A DNA stretch of 48,166 nt. It comes from a virus (Duplodnaviria; Heunggongvirae; Uroviricota; Caudoviricetes). The notes beneath the pieces were generated by a model, which saw only the letters and a program-made list of their open reading frames with translations, had not been told where the DNA came from and made no database searches. This document shows, piece after piece, positions 8,834-16,775 of this stretch. The stretch lies in IMG/VR virus record IMGVR_UViG_2639762987_000003; one strand, written 5' to 3'. Position 1 is the first letter of the stretch; every line of letters begins with the position of its first letter. The translations under genes were made by a program, and so were the position numbers.

Positions 8834-9324
8834 TCCTCAAGCCTCCCAAGTGCTGAACGCCGGGCGTTGCTAATCTCCTTATGAATCAGCTCGATATCGC
8901 TGGAATCTTTATTCTTAAGCTCCAGCACGGTAATCGCATCACGAACCTCTGAAACGGTTACGTGTGAGTGTTTCCAGCGAGCAATGAATCGCGGACCGCG
9001 TAGATTGCAACGCTCCGCAGGCATCCCCAGCTCAGAGAAAACCGCTTTCAGCCTTGATAAGCAGTTAACAGGGAGATTCCCTTTGATCTTGTTCTGCCGA
9101 ACCGATGTGCCATCGCTACGCTGGCGCTGACGTTCGGCAAAATCTGCCGCCCATTGCTGGACGTTAATCCGGCCTTCCGAATACGCCACCAGCAGCGTCA
9201 GGTTATCCGCACGAGGGAATCTCTCGAAGCGATACCAGGCACCAATCAGTGATGACGTAAAGCAAAACTTTCTGGCAACACCAATTTGGCCTCCATTTTC
9301 GTCAACCCACTCCTGAAAGGTCAT
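8830..9324 (-). CDS. First gene of the operon divergent from the repressor; possible DNA-binding regulator
   Basis: 164-aa ORF transcribed divergently from the CI-like repressor across an operator-rich region. Confidence 0.4.
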   Translation of the reverse strand: MTFQEWVDENGGQIGVARKFCFTSSLIGAWYRFERFPRADNLTLLVAYSEGRINVQQWAADFAERQRQRSDGTSVRQNKIKGNLPVNCLSRLKAVFSELGMPAERCNLRGPRFIARWKHSHVTVSEVRDAITVLELKNKDSSDIELIHKEISNARRSALGRLEE

Positions 9325-9343
9325 TTAACGAACTCCAGTTAAA

Positions 9344-9461
9344 ACCACGATACGTGGTATTAAAACCACATATCGTGAGTTTTTCAATGGGCGAAACAAA
9401 AAATAACCTTCTATTTGTGGTCCACCTCTCGTCTTACCATGTGAAAACCACTAAATGTGGT
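9344..9461. promoter_or_regulatory. Operator cluster: ACCAC-N5-GTGGT palindromes at 9344-9358 and 9447-9461, imperfect site at 9365-9379
   Basis: Perfect inverted-repeat half-sites with 5-bp spacer in the divergent promoter region; the 9447 site abuts a TATAAA -10-like element before the repressor start. Confidence 0.65.
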
Positions 9462-9498
9462 AATGTATAAATAACCCACCATTCACGATTGATGAGAC

Positions 9499-10155
9499 AT
9501 GAAAAGCAACGACGAGAACATCAAGAAAGAAATAGGTCTGCGCATTCAGACTCTACGGAAACAATCCGGCATGACTGCCGGAGATCTCCAGCAAGTCACT
9601 GGAATAGGCTTAAGCACCTTGCAGAACTATGAGGCCGGATTAAGACAACCATCTATACCTGCCATCAAGAAAATCGCGCACGCCCTGAAAGCATCAGCGC
9701 CTTATATCGCGTGCTTAACAGATAACCCGTTCCCACCCCAGAATACTAACGCTCCTGTTATTCCTGGGCTTGTAGCTATAAAAAATGACATAGCATCGCA
9801 CGCCGGAGAAAAGCCAGTGCTGGCGATAGAACAGGAGATTCTACGAAGCAAGAACATCAACCCATCGTCTCTGTCAGTTCTCCAGAGCAACGATGAGTTA
9901 ATGTCACCAACAATATCCCCAGGCTCCCAAGTCCTGATTAATACAGACGATACAGAGATTCATGAGGGGATCTATGCCCTTGAAGACAGAAATGGCCTGG
10001 TTGTTTTGAGGCACTGTAGAGTCATACCGGGTGACAATGCTGTTATGCTGTCAACCGAAAGGGATGCTGAAATGAACACTAAGCATCTGAATAACGAGGA
10101 ATTTAAGCGTTATAAAGTTCTTGGCCGCGTAGTTAGTGTTGTCAACTGGTTATGA
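9499..10155 (+). CDS. CI-like repressor (N-terminal HTH, C-terminal LexA/S24-like fold)
   Basis: HTH segment (MTAGDLQQVTGIGLSTLQNYEAG) and C-terminal domain alignable by eye to lambda CI; the Ser of the S24 'SM' motif appears replaced (DELMSPT). Confidence 0.7.
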   Translation: MKSNDENIKKEIGLRIQTLRKQSGMTAGDLQQVTGIGLSTLQNYEAGLRQPSIPAIKKIAHALKASAPYIACLTDNPFPPQNTNAPVIPGLVAIKNDIASHAGEKPVLAIEQEILRSKNINPSSLSVLQSNDELMSPTISPGSQVLINTDDTEIHEGIYALEDRNGLVVLRHCRVIPGDNAVMLSTERDAEMNTKHLNNEEFKRYKVLGRVVSVVNWL

Positions 10156-10197
10156 TACACAGCACGGCGAAAGCCGTGCATTTCTACGCTCAAAAAA

Positions 10198-10212
10198 ACC
10201 ACATTTTGTGGT
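10198..10212. promoter_or_regulatory. ACCAC-N5-GTGGT operator site next to a TTGACA -35-like hexamer
   Basis: accacattttgtggt immediately upstream of TTGACA, before the 10248 gene. Confidence 0.55.
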
Positions 10213-10247
10213 TTTGACAACATGTAAAAGTATAAAAGAGGCTACGC

Positions 10248-10622
10248 ATGGAATTACATACAGCCAATAAAAACGAAACTCTGATCACTGCTGGAATCGA
10301 AATCCAAGCGTTGAACATAGCGATTGAGTGTATGTTATGCCAAATCATTGATAATGAGAAAGATATCGACTGGATAGAATCTATCCTTCATCTGGCATCA
10401 GAACAAAAAGTCTGCCTCAAAACGGCCTTACAATACGATGTGCCAGCGGTATCGAAGCTGTGCCAGCCATTGATGGCATATAACAGGGCTATTATTTCTG
10501 TATGCCTCATGATTCTTGATGAAACCCCCCCTCTTAGCGACCGCTCAGAAGCTGCTCTAACCCTCTCACGTAAACAGCGACAGCTAGCAAATCAACTGAT
10601 ATCAACGATAGCTGACCTCTGA
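10248..10622 (+). CDS. Hypothetical protein
   Basis: 124-aa ORF downstream of the repressor, followed by a terminator. Confidence 0.45.
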   Translation: MELHTANKNETLITAGIEIQALNIAIECMLCQIIDNEKDIDWIESILHLASEQKVCLKTALQYDVPAVSKLCQPLMAYNRAIISVCLMILDETPPLSDRSEAALTLSRKQRQLANQLISTIADL

Positions 10623-10627
10623 CTGCA

Positions 10628-10650
10628 AGCGGGCTAACGCCCGCTTATAT
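10628..10650 (+). terminator. Rho-independent terminator-like hairpin
   Basis: agcgggc-taac-gcccgct followed by a T/A-rich stretch just after the 10248..10622 stop. Confidence 0.5.
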
Positions 10651-10750
10651 GATTATAGATTTATATAATTATATAAAACGCTTTTCATCAGCCAAAAAGT
10701 TGGTTATGCTTACCTCGTTCTATAAATATAGATTTATAGAATTATATAAC
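10651..10750. promoter_or_regulatory. Two AT-rich palindrome elements upstream of parA (perfect TATAATTATA at 10664-10673; variant TAGAATTATA at 10737-10746)
   Basis: Same motif family as at 23-32, 1159-1168, 6901-6910, 11429-11438 and 16866-16875. Confidence 0.55.
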
Positions 10751-10772
10751 CAAACACATGGAGCCTCGACAA

Positions 10773-11426
10773 ATGACTATCTCTGTAGGTATTTTCAACG
10801 GAAAAGGCGGCGTAACCAAATCAACAATTGCCCGTGCTTTAGCAGTTGCTTATGCAAAGGCTGGCTGGAATGTATGCCTGATCGATATGGATGTGCTTAA
10901 CGGAACGGTAACGCGTTGGGTACAACGCAGAATGGCCAACAATATCGAACCAGCAATCGCGGCGCAGCCGTGCGGCACACCATCACAAGTCCAGAAAATC
11001 ATCGAATCAGAAGTATACGACCTGGTTATCGTCGATGGCGGTGCCTACGCATCTGAATCAGTACCGAAGCTATCTGAATTTCTGGATATGGTTATTTTGC
11101 CAACCCGATTCTCTACCGATGACCTGGAAACCACCGTTAACACTGCTCACGGCATCGTTAAAAAGGGTGTACCAATCAAGAAAATTTGCATGGTGTTTTC
11201 CGGCGCGGCTGAAAACGAAGCTGACTATATTGAAGCCCAAGAGTACCTGGCTAATACGCCATACTTTGTTGTCGATAAGTACATTCCCCACAAGCCAGCT
11301 CTGAGCAAAGCTCAGGATAAGGGCTTAAGCCTCATTGAGTGCTCATACGTTGCGCCACGCAAAAAGGCAGACGACGTTATTCAGGGGATTATCAACCAGC
11401 TTGAGGCTCTGACTACTGCCGCATAA
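10773..11426 (+). CDS. parA: ParA-family partition ATPase (small type Ib)
   Basis: Deviant Walker A motif GKGGVTKST near the N-terminus; start set at the ATG 9 nt after GGAG. Confidence 0.8.
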   Translation: MTISVGIFNGKGGVTKSTIARALAVAYAKAGWNVCLIDMDVLNGTVTRWVQRRMANNIEPAIAAQPCGTPSQVQKIIESEVYDLVIVDGGAYASESVPKLSEFLDMVILPTRFSTDDLETTVNTAHGIVKKGVPIKKICMVFSGAAENEADYIEAQEYLANTPYFVVDKYIPHKPALSKAQDKGLSLIECSYVAPRKKADDVIQGIINQLEALTTAA

Positions 11427-11457
11427 TATATAATTATAGTTTTATAGATTTATATAA
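11421..11457. promoter_or_regulatory. AT-rich palindrome element (TATAATTATA at 11429-11438) between parA and the small downstream gene
   Basis: Motif family member followed by tatagatttatata. Confidence 0.5.
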
Positions 11458-11469
11458 GAGGGGATACAC

Positions 11470-11718
11470 ATGGCCGCACCATCAAAACCACCAAAGAAGA
11501 ACAGCAAAGGCGTACCGCCATCGATCGAACAACCGCAGGTTTTCGACCCGACTGAAACGCCAACCAGAACCAAATCAGGTGGGGCACAAATGGCGTTTAA
11601 CGTCGACCCTGAATTTAAACGCGAGTACAAAACGTTCGCCAGCTCAATGGATATGTCATTGAAAGAAGTGCTGACAAAGTCTTTTGAGTTACTCAAGGCT
11701 CAATACAACCAGAAGTAA
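11470..11718 (+). CDS. Small ParG-like (putative ribbon-helix-helix) partition partner
   Basis: 82-aa protein with a Pro/Lys-rich flexible N-terminus, directly after parA; fold assignment is inferred from size and position. Confidence 0.45.
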   Translation: MAAPSKPPKKNSKGVPPSIEQPQVFDPTETPTRTKSGGAQMAFNVDPEFKREYKTFASSMDMSLKEVLTKSFELLKAQYNQK

Positions 11719-11780
11719 GAGAAGGTGACGGCCTCCAGCGCCAACTGTTGGCCGTCGCGACACAACAAGGGGAATTTGTT

Positions 11781-11930
11781 ATGTCCGAGCAACAATATAC
11801 ACGGTTACTGAAAACTCGTCTAACCGACCTCAAACGGCTGCAAGCTGGCTGCTTATTTGCCCTGCTATCCACCAGGCCAGAATGGGTACGTGAAGCAGTT
11901 CTGAAAGGCTTAATGCGCTCCAGCGTTTAA
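11781..11930 (+). CDS. Hypothetical small protein
   Basis: ATG preceded by AAGGGGAA; 49 codons. Confidence 0.35.
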   Translation: MSEQQYTRLLKTRLTDLKRLQAGCLFALLSTRPEWVREAVLKGLMRSSV

Positions 11931-11937
11931 ATTCAGC

Positions 11938-11963
11938 CATAAAAAAAGGCCCCCGAAGGGGCC
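11938..11963 (-). terminator. Rho-independent terminator for minus-strand transcription
   Basis: Stem aggcccc/ggggcct with GAA loop, followed on the minus strand by 7 U. Confidence 0.65.
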
Positions 11964-11969
11964 TAATCG

Positions 11970-12092
11970 CTACTTGCTGCTAATGTTTATCGTCACATTC
12001 AGAGCGTTATCAGTAATCTTCCAACCCTCCCCATGTGGCGTAAACAAAGCCCCAGTAACAACGATAAAAATACACATACAGTATTTTTTCAT
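11970..12092 (-). CDS. Candidate 40-aa hydrophobic peptide (possible type I toxin or small secreted peptide)
   Basis: MKKYCMCIFIVVTGALFTPHGEGWKITDNALNVTINISSK; AAGGG 8-12 nt upstream of the ATG; own terminator downstream. Confidence 0.35.
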   Translation of the reverse strand: MKKYCMCIFIVVTGALFTPHGEGWKITDNALNVTINISSK

Positions 12093-12415
12093 TGTATGGC
12101 CCTTACAGGCCGTTTCACGGCATCCCCACCGACGAAAACAACGCGAGAGCAAGCACGGCTGCTTGTGCTTGCATGTACGGCAACGGAGAATCCTCCCCTA
12201 AAGTCGGTGCCCGGGTGCGAATCGGCGGGAAGGTCCACAGGTATTTTACGATTATTTTAAGATTAGTAATAGGAAAGAAATTAAACGAAAAAACTCGTTT
12301 ATTTTCACAAAATCAGTAACCTACCCACAATCTGTGAGTTTGCAGGCACAACAAGAACCACAATTTTTTGAAGCATAATAGTGGACTATTATTACCTTTT
12401 GGGTAAAATTAACTT

Positions 12416-12516
12416 GCTGCTTGTGCTTGCGTGGTTGTTTATACAACAACGTAATGCTGAAAGGACCGCGAATCCGATCAGCACGAAAGAACCGTCCTCA
12501 ATAGGGCGGTTTTTTT
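12416..12516 (+). ncRNA. Candidate ~100-nt sRNA, 5' 15-nt complementary to the leader of the 11970..12092 mRNA
   Basis: TAAAAT -10-like element at 12404-12409; 15-mer gctgcttgtgcttgc at 12416-12430 is identical to 12158-12172; two internal hairpins; terminator 12491-12516. Confidence 0.35.
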
Positions 12517-12535
12517 GTTTCTGCCTACCAATAAA

Positions 12536-12550
12536 CCCACGCTATGTGGT
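12536..12550. promoter_or_regulatory. Operator-like CCAC-N5-GTGG site upstream of the antirepressor leader
   Basis: cccacgctatgtggt, followed by TAAAAT (12560-12565) and TTGACA (12575-12580). Confidence 0.5.
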
Positions 12551-12585
12551 TGTCTCTGTTAAAATCCCGCCGTATTGACATGAAT

Positions 12586-12682
12586 GCGCCATTGGTGGAC
12601 ACTTTCCGAGCCGTAGCAAAATCTACGGTCGGGATTGGAACCCCGTGGACACAATGGCGCATACCGCGTTAGCGGTTTTTTT
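12586..12682 (+). ncRNA. Candidate structured regulatory RNA domain (P1 c4-like antisense RNA analogue)
   Basis: 9-bp closing stem gcgccattg/caatggcgc (12586-12594 with 12652-12660) encloses a hairpin and the element GAUUGGAACC; ends with a short hairpin plus 7 T. Confidence 0.35.
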
Positions 12683-12848
12683 ATGCGTAAAGCACTGCTA
12701 CACCCAAATTATGGTGGGGCGTGCGGGGGAGTCGTAAGACTCGCCGGTTCGTCATTGTGTCCGGTAGTTCCAACCCTGCACGTCTCACCACCCAATGATT
12801 GGAACCTGACGGTGGTGAGTATCCTTAACCTTTAAGGGAATCATCACA

Positions 12849-13040
12849 ATGACAAACCTACCCCATGACTATTACGTCAACCTCGTAAAGATCCTTCTCA
12901 AGAAAGCCTCATACGCCGATAAATTCCGCCTGGCTGAAATCATCGAGCGCGAAGCTATGCGCATCGCCAGCAACGATAACGCTGTTTCTGACGCAAAAAT
13001 CTCCCTCGTAACCAAAGTAGTTATGGGAGGTGCAAAATGA
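12849..13040 (+). CDS. Small protein upstream of and overlapping ant (icd-like position)
   Basis: 63-aa ORF with AAGGGA 9 nt upstream; its stop overlaps the ant start. Confidence 0.4.
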   Translation: MTNLPHDYYVNLVKILLKKASYADKFRLAEIIEREAMRIASNDNAVSDAKISLVTKVVMGGAK

Positions 13041-14179
13041 AAACGCTTCCGACCGTTAACACCCTACAGCCTATCCTGCATAACCAGATCCCCGTTATCA
13101 CTAGTGAACTTCTGGCGCAGTTATACGGAACAAAAATCAAAAACATTTCTGATAACTTTCTGAACAACACGACGCGATTCGTAGCCGGAAAGCATTACTT
13201 TAAAATTGAAAAAAACGAATTACGCGAGTTCAAGAACAGACCCGAAACAATCGGGTTAGTTGGTAAAAATGCCCGCTCCCTAATTCTCTGGACCGAACGC
13301 GGGGCTGCACGTCACGCTAAAATGCTCGAAACCGATCAGGCGTGGGATGTATTCGAACGGCTGGAAGACTGCTACTTCAACCAGAACGCGCAAACGGCCG
13401 CGACCGTAACCGTCTCGCCAAACAATGCTCGTGAGGTTGTCGATACGCTCAACGCCAAACCGATGTTTTACATTAAGGTGTGCAATAACGAGCCACTCAC
13501 AACCTCAGCCGATGTTGCCCAAGCATTCAGCACCACAAACAATTCCATCGTTATGGCCATCGATGCGTTACGCATTCCTCGCACAGCTGCGGCGCGTCAT
13601 TTCTTTAAAGAGCAACGACCGTTGGAAGGAAGCGACCGCGAAATAACAATCTATCGCATGACAAAAGACGGATTTACCTTGCTCATGGAGAGTATCGACG
13701 GTCCAGGCGTGAAAGATATCAAGCTGGCCTACATTGAAGCCTTTAACGCTATCAGCAGCGTGTTAAAAACACAGTACGAGCGTGATCTGGCTAAACGACT
13801 GTACCAGGAAAAAACGATTATCCGCGCGGCAACAGAGCATAATCGGCTATTAACGGAACCGAACTACAGGAAGGAACTAATAAAGGAGTTTGACAAGGCA
13901 ACAGGGAAAACCAAAGCGGCGCTAAATCTGCCAGCAATGACTCAGGAAAATGTGATATCAGCCTTACTTCTTGATCTGCTCAGAAACGCCAGAGCACTTA
14001 TCAGCTTTGACGAAAATCTGAACCCTCAGCTCAAACTACTACCACCGACAGGCAAAGTAGTCGACCAAGCTGATCACAACAGCATACTCAGCGTACTGGA
14101 TGCAAACCTGCCAGCCAGGACACTACAGGAACTGATAAAAATATCTGCGGATAAACTGGCCGCAGGTGCAAAACCATAA
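13037..14179 (+). CDS. Antirepressor (Ant-like)
   Basis: 380-aa protein whose N-terminal region resembles antirepressor N-terminal domains (ITSELLAQLYGTK...RFVAGKHYFKI...LWTERGAARHAKML). Confidence 0.7.
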   Translation: MKTLPTVNTLQPILHNQIPVITSELLAQLYGTKIKNISDNFLNNTTRFVAGKHYFKIEKNELREFKNRPETIGLVGKNARSLILWTERGAARHAKMLETDQAWDVFERLEDCYFNQNAQTAATVTVSPNNAREVVDTLNAKPMFYIKVCNNEPLTTSADVAQAFSTTNNSIVMAIDALRIPRTAAARHFFKEQRPLEGSDREITIYRMTKDGFTLLMESIDGPGVKDIKLAYIEAFNAISSVLKTQYERDLAKRLYQEKTIIRAATEHNRLLTEPNYRKELIKEFDKATGKTKAALNLPAMTQENVISALLLDLLRNARALISFDENLNPQLKLLPPTGKVVDQADHNSILSVLDANLPARTLQELIKISADKLAAGAKP

Positions 14180-14213
14180 AACAAAGCGCCCGATTTGGGC
14201 GCTTCTTCAATTC

Positions 14214-14849
14214 TTAATATTTCGGTGTAATCAGTAGCGATACATGCCCTGATTTGTCACGAGAAACGTAATACTCGCCTCTCTTAGTCTTGAACTCAGC
14301 TTTCTGCATATCAGATTTAACAATCTGCTCTAACTGCGCAATCACGGTGTCTCTTTCACTTGACGCATCCAAGACTTCAACTGCTACGGCCATAGAAAGC
14401 AAGGAATCAGAGTTAGGCTTGGATACTCGCCATAATAACTCAGAAATCTTTCCATCCTTATCAACTCTAGCCCGACCGTTAACAGATGAGTTGATGGCAA
14501 ATTCAACGGTATTGTTACCTTGTTTAACAGACTTAATTCTTATAGTGGAGGTGGCTTTTCCTGATGTAGCGATGCCTTCAAGGTCATCATTATATAACTG
14601 CTTAAACTTATCTACGGTCACACCATCAAAAGCAGCTCCGGTGGTAGCCGTAGTGCTGGAGTCTTCTGGGATCAAGGTCACAGCCGCAAGAGTATTAACA
14701 ACTACAAAAGTAGCAATCCCGAGAAAGCCACTCACTAAAACAGCTTTGAACCTACTACCAGAAGACGAGGCACATTGTTTCCGATATGCGCCACGAACTA
14801 CGAAGAAACACAAAATCAGGCTAATAATAAACGCCACCAGCATCCCCAT
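14214..14849 (-). CDS. Hypothetical membrane-anchored protein (candidate exclusion or defence function)
   Basis: 211-aa ORF with two N-terminal hydrophobic helices and a Ser/Thr-rich extracytoplasmic part. Confidence 0.45.
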   Translation of the reverse strand: MGMLVAFIISLILCFFVVRGAYRKQCASSSGSRFKAVLVSGFLGIATFVVVNTLAAVTLIPEDSSTTATTGAAFDGVTVDKFKQLYNDDLEGIATSGKATSTIRIKSVKQGNNTVEFAINSSVNGRARVDKDGKISELLWRVSKPNSDSLLSMAVAVEVLDASSERDTVIAQLEQIVKSDMQKAEFKTKRGEYYVSRDKSGHVSLLITPKY

Positions 14850-15412
14850 AGAAATCTCCTTTTAGATATAAGGGTAAAGCAATATCGTATTAGATCTTCC
14901 TTTAGACACAACCCCCCCTCCCCCCATACAGGGTGCCCTTTACCGGAGTTCCGGCCCCTTCTCAAAAGCATCAAAAAAAGCTCGAGATCGAGTACCGGAA
15001 CTCATGCCACCAGATAGCTCCACATCGTTTCCAATGCTTCGCCGCCGTGTGCGCCCTGTGGCCCACAATCATGCCATTGGTCGTCTGATATACCTTCTTC
15101 TGCTCATAGAGCACAGGCGAGTTGTCGCACTCCTGCCTTTCTCAGACTCGACTTAGTTTAGATCGCTGTTCCTGGCTTGCGTCAGCACACTTTCCCCTTG
15201 TACGCATACCCGCGCGCCACTTCGCCCAAAAACACCGAACCCAACGAAGTGGCAAAGACAACGACGCGAGCGTGAGTCTGAAATGGGCACCAGTAAAAAA
15301 GGGGTTGCAGGCGCAAAAAGATTTGATTATCTTTAGACGCAAGAAAGCCGCCCCAATCAAGAGGTGTCTTTTTAAATCCAGCCTACCAAGCAAGATTTAA
15401 ATTTCAGACTGA

Positions 15413-15437
15413 AAACCGCCCGGCAAGGCGGTTTTTG
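15413..15437. terminator. Bidirectional rho-independent terminator
   Basis: accgcc-cggcaa-ggcggt flanked by A-run upstream and T-run downstream; follows the minus-strand HTH gene. Confidence 0.65.
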
Positions 15438-15505
15438 TCTTTCTGGCGCTTACATTACACCACCATAAAACGATCCGTAAAGGATCATTTGATCCCTTGT
15501 TCCAA

Positions 15506-15757
15506 TTATGACGACACTTTAACCTTTTCCCATACAAGGGTTTGCAGCCTTAACAGAATCGCATCTTTATCAAGGTGTGAAAGATCCTTAACCATATCGT
15601 CAAACGACAGAACGCGAATGGCCATCTCCATGACACTCGGCGGCCCCCCCTTCTCATATCGCTTATATGTAGCCAACGATATCCCAAACTCTTCGGCGGC
15701 TCGCTCCTGCGTCCAGTTCATCCCACGACGCCATAATTTCAATTCGTAACCCGTCAT
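15506..15757 (-). CDS. HTH (Cro/C1-type) transcriptional regulator
   Basis: 83-aa protein with HTH-like segment (MNWTQERAAEEFGISLATYKRYEKG). Confidence 0.55.
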   Translation of the reverse strand: MTGYELKLWRRGMNWTQERAAEEFGISLATYKRYEKGGPPSVMEMAIRVLSFDDMVKDLSHLDKDAILLRLQTLVWEKVKVSS

Positions 15758-15858
15758 TACATCCTCTACCTTTCCCTAGATATTCAATAAATTAGACATA
15801 GCCACTCACGACAAAATAAGATGTATTAACAATCCAATCTTTAGGCTTTAGGTAAAAA

Positions 15859-16284
15859 ATGAGTTCATCTGCTTTTGTCACCGTGGTCACTGGTGTAAGT
15901 GTTTTTGTTCTAGGCCAACTCATCGTCAAAGGAGCTATTGAGCCTTACATTTCATTCAGGGAACAACTAGGGAAAATATCCAATCTGTTATTGTGTAACC
16001 AAGCAAAAATAGTGAATCCTGGCTCGAACTTAAAGCCAGAAATCATTCATGATCTAAAAGATTCCGCAGCACAGTTAATGGCGAAATATTCCACTTTACC
16101 TTTCTATATCAAAAAGTTACATATCGGCTTTCGTCTTGTTCCATCAGCCACCGAGATTCTTGGTGCAGCTCAAAATTTGAACTATATAGCATCAATACAT
16201 GAAGGTAAGACTGGGGAAAATCCATCTAAGCATCTCGAAGAGATTGGCCATATGCTCAAAATACCAACTACCTATTCAAGCTAA
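15859..16284 (+). CDS. Hypothetical protein with N-terminal transmembrane helix
   Basis: 141-aa ORF in an AT-rich segment; only plus-strand gene in this block. Confidence 0.4.
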   Translation: MSSSAFVTVVTGVSVFVLGQLIVKGAIEPYISFREQLGKISNLLLCNQAKIVNPGSNLKPEIIHDLKDSAAQLMAKYSTLPFYIKKLHIGFRLVPSATEILGAAQNLNYIASIHEGKTGENPSKHLEEIGHMLKIPTTYSS

Positions 16285-16387
16285 CCCAATGTAAGTTATC
16301 GGCTTGCCCCACAATAAGTTATCTATCTTCAAACGCCCCCTATATTAACACTCGCAAAGTGTCAAAATGACACTTTGCGCATTGTGT

Positions 16388-16768
16388 TTACTTAACGAGG
16401 AATAAAAATGGTTTATCGTTCGGCGGTGTAATCGGGGCTGGCTCGCTTTTGCTCATGCGATCAGTGTACCAGGCCAACTCCTTGTCAAAGTAAGCCTGAT
16501 TAAAATAGGCCATGAATGTGGTTTCAAATCCATAACGACCGCTAATACGCAGCATCTGATTGCCGTTCTCTGTTTCCAGATATACCTGGGCACGTTCCTG
16601 ATTCTCCTTCAGCCAGGTTAAAGCCTCATCGCACGAGGACAAACGATACTCATCATCGTAGCCGTCATCGATGCGGCTTGAAGAAGAACGGCAAATCACG
16701 CCAACAGAACCAGCCAGGATAGTTTGAATTTTAAGGAAAGCGTTTTTGCGGATTTTAATCATGCTCAT
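16388..16768 (-). CDS. Hypothetical protein, first gene behind promoter cassette B
   Basis: 126-aa ORF whose ATG lies 8 nt after the cassette's GGAG. Confidence 0.5.
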   Translation of the reverse strand: MSMIKIRKNAFLKIQTILAGSVGVICRSSSSRIDDGYDDEYRLSSCDEALTWLKENQERAQVYLETENGNQMLRISGRYGFETTFMAYFNQAYFDKELAWYTDRMSKSEPAPITPPNDKPFLFLVK

Positions 16769-16775
16769 CGGGTTA

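Noticed and set aside
12381-12578. 65-aa plus-strand ORF with hydrophobic N-terminus
   Set aside because: Starts at GTG without a Shine-Dalgarno and contains a rho-independent terminator (12491-12516) inside it; better explained as the candidate sRNA unit.
12635-12835. 66-aa plus-strand ORF
   Set aside because: Lies entirely within the hairpin-rich leader upstream of the small ORF and ant; no ribosome-binding site.
14290-14865. 191-aa plus-strand ORF
   Set aside because: Antisense to the 14214..14849 membrane-protein gene, which has the better start context and operon fit.
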